Assembly (NCBI GenBank): GCA_020347605.1
Contig: CP070734.1
Location: 2,129,278-2,172,855, forward strand
DNA: 43,578 nucleotides
Source of the DNA: Deltaproteobacteria bacterium
GTDB lineage: Bacteria > Myxococcota_A > UBA9160 > G020347605
Reading direction: 5' to 3'
The translations under genes and the position numbers were made by a program. Positions 33,589 to 41,230 of this stretch are shown here, in pieces. Position 1 is the stretch's first letter. Every line of letters begins with the position of its first letter. Below the pieces are notes generated by a model, which saw nothing but the letters and a program-made list of their open reading frames with translations, was not told the DNA's origin and did no database searches.

Positions 33589-34728
33589 CTACTTCCTCAG
33601 AATGAGGGCGCTCGTGGGAACGCCCTCTCCGGCGGTGACCAGACACGCGTCCGCGTCCCGAACGGGGTTCACCGACGTTCCGCGGATCTGGCGCACCCCC
33701 TCGTTGATCAGGTTGAAGCCGTGGACGTAGGCCTCCGACAGTCCGCCGCCCGACGTGTTGATGGGCAGGCGCCCGCCGATCTCGAGCGCGCCGCCCTCGG
33801 TGAAGGCCGCCCCCTCGCCCTTCGCACAGAATCCGTAGCCCTCCAGCGAGAGCGGAATCAGCGGCGTGAACGCGTCGTACAGCTGCGCGACCGGAATGTC
33901 GTGGGGCTTGATGTCGGAGCGCCGGTAGAGCTGTCGTGAACACGTCCACGCCGGACCGGTGAGCGGGTCCTCGCACCAGTAGTTGACCATGGTGTGCGAC
34001 TGACGGGGTAGACCCTGCCCGAAGGCGTGCACGTAGGCCGGAGGCTGACGACAGTCACGCGCGCGCTCGGCGGAGACCAGCACGCACGCCAACGCCCCGT
34101 CCGTCTCGAGGCAGTTGTCGAACAGACACAGCGGCTCCGAGATCCAGCGCGCCGCCATGTAGTCCTCGCGCGTGAGCCGGCGCTCGTACATCAGCGCGCG
34201 CGGATTGTGGTTGGCCATCGTGCGCACGGCGATGGCCACGTTGGCGAGGTGGTCGCGCGTCGCGCCGTACTCGTGCATGTAGCGGCGCGTCAGCATCGCG
34301 ATCTCGTCGACCGGTCGCAGCAGTCCCCACGGCCGCGTCCAGCGGGCCGGCGCGCTGAAGGCCTGGGACGCGCCGGCCCACGGGCGAGCGCCCGAGCCGC
34401 GCTTGCGCGAGCGCCAAGCCACCCCGACCCGGCACTGGCCGGCCGCGATGGCCATCGCCAGCTGGCCGACCGTCGCCGGGCCGGCGCCGCCGCCGTAGCC
34501 GACCTGGCTGAAGAACGTCACGTCGCCCGCGCCGATGTTCTTCGCCACCTCGACCTCGTCCGTGGCCTCCATCGTGTAGGAGGCGAAGCCGTCGACCTCC
34601 GACGGAGAGACTCCGGCGTCGTCGAGCGCGGCGAGGATGGCCCGGACCGCGAGTGTCTTCTCCGGGGCGTCGAGCTTCCTGGCGAATGCGGTCTCGCCGA
34701 TCCCGACGATGGCGGCGGCGTCCTTCAC
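33589..34728 (-). CDS. thiolase-fold protein of the SCP-x/Ltp2 type (apparently lacking both thiolase catalytic Cys)
   Basis: 379 aa from GTG 34728 (VKDAAAIVGIGETAFARK...). The motifs FFSQVGYGGGAGPATVGQLAMAIAAG, LYDAFTPLIPLSLEGYGF and INTSGGGLSEAYVHGFN are present. The start overlaps the ligase stop (GTGA). Track ORF 33589-35994 extends spuriously upstream. Confidence 0.85.
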   Translation of the reverse strand: MKDAAAIVGIGETAFARKLDAPEKTLAVRAILAALDDAGVSPSEVDGFASYTMEATDEVEVAKNIGAGDVTFFSQVGYGGGAGPATVGQLAMAIAAGQCRVGVAWRSRKRGSGARPWAGASQAFSAPARWTRPWGLLRPVDEIAMLTRRYMHEYGATRDHLANVAIAVRTMANHNPRALMYERRLTREDYMAARWISEPLCLFDNCLETDGALACVLVSAERARDCRQPPAYVHAFGQGLPRQSHTMVNYWCEDPLTGPAWTCSRQLYRRSDIKPHDIPVAQLYDAFTPLIPLSLEGYGFCAKGEGAAFTEGGALEIGGRLPINTSGGGLSEAYVHGFNLINEGVRQIRGTSVNPVRDADACLVTAGEGVPTSALILRK

Positions 34729-36350
34729 GCCGCACCCGGCTTCCGTGTGTGTACGTTCGCGGCGCCCGCATCGAAGCGCTCGACGAACCAGCGCTCCTGC
34801 GGCTTCTCCGATGCCGTCTTGGGAATCTCGTCCACGACCTGCACGTAGCTCGGCACGAAGTTCGCCTCGAGCTCGGCGCGACAGCGCTCGAAGATCGAGG
34901 CCGGGTCGAGTCCGCCCTCGCCCACCGGGACGATCGCCGCCACGACGTCCTTCTCGCCGGGCGTTCCCGAGGCGGCCGGCACGCCGTACACGAAGACGTC
35001 GCGGACGCTCGGGTGCTCCGCGATGGCCTTCTCGACGAAGCCCGGATTCACGAACTCCCCGTTGTGGCGGATACCGCCCCCGGCGCGGTAGTCGAAGAAG
35101 AGCCAGCCGTCGGCGTCGGCGTGGCCCATGTCGCCGCTGTGGTTCCAGCCGCCGCGCAGCTTGCGGGCGGAGGCCTCCGGGTCGCCGAAGTACTCGAGGG
35201 TGGCCGGATCGCCCCCGGCCGGGCGCGTGCAGATCTCCCCGACGACACCGGGTGGGCACACGTCTCCGTTCGCGTCGAGCACCTTCATCTCGAGGCCCGG
35301 CATCGGCTTGCCGAACGATCCGGTCGGGCCCTCGCCCACCGGCTTGTACGCCATGCCGCCGCCGTCCATGGCGCCGTAGAACTCGAGGATCTTCACGGCG
35401 AAGCGTTTCTCGAAGGGCTCCCAGATCGCGGCGGGCATCCCGCCGGAGACGACCCGGCGAACGGGGTTGTCGGCGTCGTCGGGCCGCGGCGGCTCGCTGT
35501 AGATGCCCATGGCCATGCCCCCGACCAGCGAGAAGCTCGTGCAGCCGTACGCGCGACACACGTCCCACAGCCGCGATTTCGTGAAGCGCCGGGAGAGCAC
35601 GGCCCGCAGCCCCCGGGTCAGGGCGGGGGCGAGCGTGACGGACTGGGCGTTTCCGTGGGTGAGCGAGAGGCCGGTGTACGGCCGCTCGTCCTCTCCGTAG
35701 GCGAACAACGCGCCGAGCACGCCCGCTGCGCAGAAGCGCGCATTCGAGCCGACGATCCCCTTCGGATCGCCGGTGGTGCCCGAGGTGTACATGATCTGGA
35801 GCGGCGCATCGGGGCTCGGCACGCGCGCGTCGAGACTCGGGGCCGGCTCGGCGAGCACCTCCGCGAGGGAATCGACGCCGCGGAAGCTCGTACGTGCGGG
35901 CGCGTCGCCACCGGTCTCGAGTGCCAGCACCCATTCGAGGCCAGCGAGCTGCGCGCGCACCGCGTCGAGCTGGAAAAGACAGTAGTCCGCGCACAGAATG
36001 CCGCGGCAGCCCGACCGGCCGAGCAGGTAGAGGAGCTTCTCGCCCCGGGTGCGCGGATCGATCGGAACGAATACGGCGCCGCTCGCGGAGGCGGCGACCA
36101 TCGCCTCCACGAACTCGGGGTGGTTGCCCATCATGATCGCGAAGCGCTCCCCCGGCGCGAGACGCCTCGCCAGGAGACCCGCCGCGATCCGATTGGCGTT
36201 CGCATCGAGGTCGGCGTAGCTGCGCACCTCGTCCGGCGTCGCGCGCCCGTCCAGGCTCAGATGCTCGAAGGTCAGGACGGGGAGATCCGGTTGCCGCTCG
36301 GCGCGGATCCGGATCAGGTCGGCCAGGATCATCTCGCTGCGTTCGCGCAT
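34725..36350 (-). CDS. AMP-dependent acyl-CoA synthetase/ligase
   Basis: IMYTSGTTGDPKGI, FYGAMDGG, WNHSGDMGHADADGWLFFDYR and the C-terminal TASEKPQ (Lys motif) are present. 541 aa; the internal Met at aa 7 is an alternative start. Confidence 0.9.
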   Translation of the reverse strand: MRERSEMILADLIRIRAERQPDLPVLTFEHLSLDGRATPDEVRSYADLDANANRIAAGLLARRLAPGERFAIMMGNHPEFVEAMVAASASGAVFVPIDPRTRGEKLLYLLGRSGCRGILCADYCLFQLDAVRAQLAGLEWVLALETGGDAPARTSFRGVDSLAEVLAEPAPSLDARVPSPDAPLQIMYTSGTTGDPKGIVGSNARFCAAGVLGALFAYGEDERPYTGLSLTHGNAQSVTLAPALTRGLRAVLSRRFTKSRLWDVCRAYGCTSFSLVGGMAMGIYSEPPRPDDADNPVRRVVSGGMPAAIWEPFEKRFAVKILEFYGAMDGGGMAYKPVGEGPTGSFGKPMPGLEMKVLDANGDVCPPGVVGEICTRPAGGDPATLEYFGDPEASARKLRGGWNHSGDMGHADADGWLFFDYRAGGGIRHNGEFVNPGFVEKAIAEHPSVRDVFVYGVPAASGTPGEKDVVAAIVPVGEGGLDPASIFERCRAELEANFVPSYVQVVDEIPKTASEKPQERWFVERFDAGAANVHTRKPGAA

Positions 36351-36360
36351 CTCGCGGCTC

Positions 36361-37149
36361 TCAGATCAGGCCTTCGCCCTCGAGCTCGAGCGCCTTGCGG
36401 AGGTACGCGAGCTCGGCCTCCCGCCAGGGCAGGGGCGCCAGCGCCTGGATCATCCCGTCGCGCTCGAGCTCCGCGACGACCTCGGGCGCACGCGGGAACG
36501 GGCTGTCGTACGCGTTCAGCTGAAACAGCTCTTCGAAGGGCAGACGCGGCCGTTGCCCGCCCGCCTCCGGGCTCTCGGCCGGGTAGCCCACCGTCTGGGT
36601 GACCAGCACCCGGCAGCTGTCGGGCAGCCCGAGCTTGCGGCGAATCGCGTCCGGATCGGCGCTGCCGAGGCAGCAGGTGCCGAGTCCCTGCTCGAAGGCC
36701 ACGAGCGTCGCCTGCGCGATGCCCTGGCCGCAGTCGATCTCGCCGAGGCCCGGCAGCTTCACCGCGTCCCCGATCCGCTCGAAGATGGGAACCAGGGTCT
36801 GCTCGAGCACCTCGCGCTTGCGGTCGCCGTACCCGATCGCCCCCGCGTCCACGAGTTCGCGGAGCCGCTCGGCCGCGTGATCGGTGGCGGCCGTCTCGAT
36901 GTACCAGACGATCACCACCGGGGCGAGCTGGATCTGGTAGCCGCCCACCGGCGACGGAAGCGCATCGAGCACCGCCTGGGACGCCTTGTCGCGCTCCACG
37001 ACGAGGGCGCGAAGGCTGTTCACGTTCCCCCAGTGCGACGCGAGCCGCGCCGCCTCCAGCATGCGCTGGATCTTGTGCAGCTCGACCGGCCGGTGCGGGC
37101 ACAGGAAACGGATCGAACGCCGGCGTCCGATGACCTCTCTCAACTCCAT
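36361..37149 (-). CDS. nitroreductase-family flavoprotein with a C-terminal extension
   Basis: The N-terminal VIGRRRSIRFL (the FMN-binding RRSxR motif) and ...GIAQATLVAFEQGLGTCCLG... are present. At 262 aa it is about 50-60 aa longer than my recollection of typical family members. Confidence 0.75.
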   Translation of the reverse strand: MELREVIGRRRSIRFLCPHRPVELHKIQRMLEAARLASHWGNVNSLRALVVERDKASQAVLDALPSPVGGYQIQLAPVVIVWYIETAATDHAAERLRELVDAGAIGYGDRKREVLEQTLVPIFERIGDAVKLPGLGEIDCGQGIAQATLVAFEQGLGTCCLGSADPDAIRRKLGLPDSCRVLVTQTVGYPAESPEAGGQRPRLPFEELFQLNAYDSPFPRAPEVVAELERDGMIQALAPLPWREAELAYLRKALELEGEGLI

Positions 37150-37180
37150 CGGAATGCTCCCCTCCGCCGGGCGCGCCCGC

Positions 37181-38383
37181 TCACAGACGCGCGCCGCCGA
37201 CGATGCTCAACACTTCGTTGCAGCCGTCCTCGATGAGCGAGGCGCGCGCGTCGCGCAGCAGCTTCTCGATCGGGTACTCGCGGCACAGGCCGTTGGCGCC
37301 GAAGATCTGGAGCGCCTCGGTGGCGACCTCGAACGCGGTGTCCGTGCAGAAGGTCTTCGAGGCGATGCAGTGCTGGATCTGCGGTGCGCCACCGGCGTTG
37401 TAGACGGCGACGCGGCGCGCCAACGCGCGCGCCGCCTCGACCCTCGCGAACATCTTGAAGAGCCGGGCGCGCACGCTCTGGTGCTCGAAGATCGCCACCC
37501 CGCCCTGCACGCGCTCCTTGGCGTAGGCCAGCGCGAGCTCGTACGCGGCGCGCGCCACCCCCACGAAGAGCTGGCCCATGGCGGCGTTGGCGTGGCACAG
37601 CATCATCTCCAGGCCGATCGCGTAGAGGTCGGGACCCAGCGCCATGTAGCGGGCGGGGACGCGTACCGAGTCGAAGAAGATCTCGCCCTGGTTGAGCGAC
37701 CGCTGTCCCAGCTTGTCGAGCGGCGCAGGCCGCGAGACGCCCGGCAGGTCGAGCGGAACCAGGAAGACGCCGCCGCCCTGGAAGCCCCGGCTCTCGTCGA
37801 GCGCGCAGAAGAGCACCGCGATGTGCGCGATCGATCCATTCGATACCCAGGCCGCCTTCTGCCCGCTGATCACGTAGTCGTCGCCGTCCTTGCGCGCGCG
37901 GCAGTTCGCCCGCAGCGACGGGTCGCGGAAGTGCGGCTCGGTCAGTGCGACCGTGTCGCTACCGTGGTCCGGCTCGGTCAGCGCCCAGCAGCCGATGGTG
38001 GGCTCGTCCGCCGAGCAGAAGCGCTCGATCAGCTCGGAATCGCCCGTCTGCTGGACCCAGGGGCCGTGGAAGCCGCACAGCCCGCAGCTGATCGCGAGCC
38101 CGACGTCACCCCGGGAGAGCTCCTCGTTGACCACGGCCATCAGGCGGGCCTTCGCGACGGGCTCCCGCTCCGCGTCGCCGGCCAGGCTGGAGAGCCCCAG
38201 CGCGTGGTACTTCGCGAAGACCTCCCAGAGAACCGACTCGGGCGCGATCACGTCCGCCGGATCCACCATCCGATCGAGCTCGATGCCCGCGGGCCGCAGC
38301 ACGTCGTCCGCGAACCGGTGCGCCGCATCGCGGATCGCGATGTCCTCGTCGGAGAGCCCCGCCTCGATGTCGATCGACGTCAC
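37181..38383 (-). CDS. acyl-CoA dehydrogenase
   Basis: GTG start. GCWALTEPDHGSDTV, the ISGQKAWVSNG-like motif, and C-terminal QIFGANGLCREYPIEKLLRDARASLIEDGCNEVL are present. Confidence 0.9.
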   Translation of the reverse strand: MTSIDIEAGLSDEDIAIRDAAHRFADDVLRPAGIELDRMVDPADVIAPESVLWEVFAKYHALGLSSLAGDAEREPVAKARLMAVVNEELSRGDVGLAISCGLCGFHGPWVQQTGDSELIERFCSADEPTIGCWALTEPDHGSDTVALTEPHFRDPSLRANCRARKDGDDYVISGQKAAWVSNGSIAHIAVLFCALDESRGFQGGGVFLVPLDLPGVSRPAPLDKLGQRSLNQGEIFFDSVRVPARYMALGPDLYAIGLEMMLCHANAAMGQLFVGVARAAYELALAYAKERVQGGVAIFEHQSVRARLFKMFARVEAARALARRVAVYNAGGAPQIQHCIASKTFCTDTAFEVATEALQIFGANGLCREYPIEKLLRDARASLIEDGCNEVLSIVGGARL

Positions 38384-38590
38384 GCCCGGTCCCCGCCTGC
38401 TGGGTGACGGTCAGACTACCGCGACCTCGACCACCTTGACGACCCGGGTGCGCGGAGGCCTCGACCCGGCGCCGGCCCGGCGTCCTGCGCGCGGTCGACA
38501 CGCGCAGGGCGTTCGTGTAGACCTCGCTCGAACGCGCGCCCGCCCGCCCGAACGGCGCGGGCGGCACGCCGTTCGTCACCGGGGACGCGC

Positions 38591-39814
38591 ATGAACGCTG
38601 CGGGAGACGCCGCCCTCCGGGGTCGGCGCGTGCTCGAAGTCGCCGACGAGAAGGGCGTCTACTGCGGCAAGCTGCTGGCCGACATGGGCGCGGACGTGAT
38701 CAAGGTCGAGCCGCCCGGCGGCGACGCCACGCGTCGGATCCCGCCGTTCTGGCGCGACGAGCCCCATCCCGATCGAAGCCTGTTCTTCCTGTACATGAAC
38801 ACCAGCAAGCGCGGCATCACGCTCGACCTCACGAAGCCGGCGGGGCAGGCGCTCTTCAAGCGGCTGGCGGAGACGGCGCACGTCGTGCTGGAGACGTTTC
38901 CGCCCGGCTACCTGGACGCGCTGGGGCTGGGATACCGCTCGCTCGAGGCGTCGAATCCCGGCCTCGTGTTCACCTCGATCACGGGCTTCGGGCAGAGCGG
39001 TCCCCACCGTCACTACGCGTCCTGCGACCTCGTCGCGAGCGCCCTGGGCGGCGCGATGCACGTCACCGGCGCCGCGGAGGACCCGCCGGTGACGCTGGCG
39101 GGCTCGCAGGCGCACCAGATGGCGTCCTCGTTCGCCGCCGCGAGCAGCATGATCGCGCTCTTCCACAGCACGCTCCGCGGAGAGGGACAGCACGTGGACA
39201 TCTCGGTGGAGGAGACCACCAGCTCGGTAACGCACATCTGTGGCGCCGGGAAATGGTTGGACGACGGCATCGTGCCGAGGCGCTGGGGCACGGGTCTGTT
39301 CCACTCCGTACCGTCGGGCGCGTATCCGTGCAAGGACGGCAAGGTCTACCTGATGGTCAACCGCCCCCTACACTGGAAGGCCCTGGCGGAGTGGATCCAC
39401 GAAGTGACCGGAAACGAGGAGGTCCTCGATCCGATGTTCGACGGGCCTTCGTCGAACCGGCAGCCGTATCGCGAGCTCCTGGACCTGTTCATCTCCGAAC
39501 TCACCACGCGACTCACGGTCGAGGAGGTCTACCACGAAGGACAGCGACGCCACATCGCGTTCACGCCGGTCAACACCGCCACCGACGTGACGCGCGACGC
39601 GCAGCTCCTGGCCCGCGACTACTTCGTCGAGGTGGAACATCCGGGCGTCGGGCGCCTGCGCTACCCGGGCGCACCCTACCGCCACGCCGAAACCCCGTGG
39701 AGCATCCGCGGGCCGGCGCCGCGCGTGGGCGAGCACAACGCCGAGATCTACTGCGGGGAGCTCGGCGTTTCGGAAGACGAACTGCGCGCCTTGCACGCCG
39801 ACGGAATCGTCTGA
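38591..39814 (+). CDS. family III CoA-transferase (tandem copy 1, canonical Asp present)
   Basis: LRGRRVLEVADEKGVYCGKLLADMGADVIKVEPPGGD is present, along with ITGFGQSGPHRHYASCDLVASALGG (Asp in the canonical position). 407 aa. Confidence 0.9.
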   Translation: MNAAGDAALRGRRVLEVADEKGVYCGKLLADMGADVIKVEPPGGDATRRIPPFWRDEPHPDRSLFFLYMNTSKRGITLDLTKPAGQALFKRLAETAHVVLETFPPGYLDALGLGYRSLEASNPGLVFTSITGFGQSGPHRHYASCDLVASALGGAMHVTGAAEDPPVTLAGSQAHQMASSFAAASSMIALFHSTLRGEGQHVDISVEETTSSVTHICGAGKWLDDGIVPRRWGTGLFHSVPSGAYPCKDGKVYLMVNRPLHWKALAEWIHEVTGNEEVLDPMFDGPSSNRQPYRELLDLFISELTTRLTVEEVYHEGQRRHIAFTPVNTATDVTRDAQLLARDYFVEVEHPGVGRLRYPGAPYRHAETPWSIRGPAPRVGEHNAEIYCGELGVSEDELRALHADGIV

Positions 39815-39821
39815 CCGTGGA

Positions 39822-41087
39822 ATGCGGGAGGCGCGGCGCGTGACACGAGCCCTGGACGGCCTCCGCGTCGTCGAATTCTCGGCCGGCATGGCCGGCCCCT
39901 GGGTCGGGCGCTTCATGGCGTACTGCGGCGCCGAGGTCATCCGCGTCGAGTCGAAGCAGCGTCCGGACGTGGTCCGCCTCTACGTACCGCCCGGTCAGCC
40001 GGAGCGGGGCACGCAGCCCCAGCTGTCTCCGTGGTTCACCGACTGGAATGCCGGAAAGCGCTTCGTCGCGCTCGACCTGACCTGCCCGGATGCGGTGGAT
40101 CTCGCCCGACGCCTCGTGGCGGCGAGCGACGTCGTGGTCGAGAACTACAGCACCGGCGTGATGGAGAAGCTCGGCCTCGGCTATGCGGAGCTCCGCCGTG
40201 CGAAGCCGGACCTCGTGATGCTCAGCACCTCGGGGTACGGCGACACGGGTCCGTGTAGACAGTACGTCACCTGGGGTCCCAACATCGAGGCACTCGCCGG
40301 ACTCAGCACGCTCTCCGGCTTCGCCGAACGGGACTGCACCGTCACCCAGTATGCGTATCCCGACGCGCTCTGCGGCCTGCACGGCCTGTTTGCCGTGATG
40401 TGCGCCCTCGATCATCGGCAGCGCACGGGTTGCGGCCAGTACATCAACCTGTCCCAGTTCGAAGCGACGGTGGGCGTGGTCGGGCACCAGATCATGGAGA
40501 CCCTGGCCAACGGGCGCGAGCCCCGCCGGCTCGGGAACCGCGCGCTGCACGCGGCGCCGCACGGCTGCTACCCGTGTCGGGGCGAGGATCGCTGGTGCGC
40601 GATCGCGGTGTTCGGCGACGCGGAGTGGGAGCGCCTGTGCGCGGTTGCGGGCCGCCCCGAGTGGGTGACGGATCCGCGGTTCGCGACGCAGCCCGCACGG
40701 CTCGAGCACGCGGAGGCGCTCGATCGCGAGATCGCAGCGTGGACGTCGAGCCAGACCGACTACGCGCTGATGGAGGCGCTACAGAGCGCGGGGATCGCCG
40801 CGGGCGTCGTGCAGAACATCGAAGATCAGATGCGACGCGATCCCCAGCTGGCCGCGCGGGGCTTCTTCGAGTCGATCGAGCACCTCGTGAAAGGGACCGT
40901 CGTGGCGAACGGCATCCCGCTCGGCCTCACCGGAACACCCGGCCGGAGCGGTCCGGCGGGTGCCGCGGTCGGACAGGACAACGACTACGTATTCGGCGAG
41001 CTGCTCGGCCTGACGCCGGAGGCGCTGCGACACTACGCGGACGCCGGGGCGATCGAAACCGGCGACGACGAGCCCGCGGGCGCCTGA
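39822..41087 (+). CDS. family III CoA-transferase (tandem copy 2, divergent active-site segment)
   Basis: LDGLRVVEFSAGMAGPWVGRFMAYCGAEVIRVES and TSGYGDTGPCRQYVTWGPNIEALAG are present. It starts 7 nt after copy 1; GTG 39840 is an alternative start. Confidence 0.85.
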   Translation: MREARRVTRALDGLRVVEFSAGMAGPWVGRFMAYCGAEVIRVESKQRPDVVRLYVPPGQPERGTQPQLSPWFTDWNAGKRFVALDLTCPDAVDLARRLVAASDVVVENYSTGVMEKLGLGYAELRRAKPDLVMLSTSGYGDTGPCRQYVTWGPNIEALAGLSTLSGFAERDCTVTQYAYPDALCGLHGLFAVMCALDHRQRTGCGQYINLSQFEATVGVVGHQIMETLANGREPRRLGNRALHAAPHGCYPCRGEDRWCAIAVFGDAEWERLCAVAGRPEWVTDPRFATQPARLEHAEALDREIAAWTSSQTDYALMEALQSAGIAAGVVQNIEDQMRRDPQLAARGFFESIEHLVKGTVVANGIPLGLTGTPGRSGPAGAAVGQDNDYVFGELLGLTPEALRHYADAGAIETGDDEPAGA

Positions 41088-41230
41088 GCCGCCGTTGCGG
41101 CGGCGAGCGCCCGCAGCCCGGCGACAGCGCCGGCGTCCACGGGCTATAAAGGGGGGTCGGCGTCCCCGGGGTCGGATCGTCGAGGAGGGTCGGACGTGTC
41201 GACGCGACGTCGGCTTCGGAGGCGCTAGAC

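Noticed and set aside
33589-35994. 801-aa ORF suggesting a fused ligase-thiolase protein
   Set aside because: Only the last 379 codons (from GTG 34728) are thiolase-like. The upstream part is an alternate-frame read across the AMP-ligase gene (34725-36350), which is in a different frame and has complete AMP-binding motifs.
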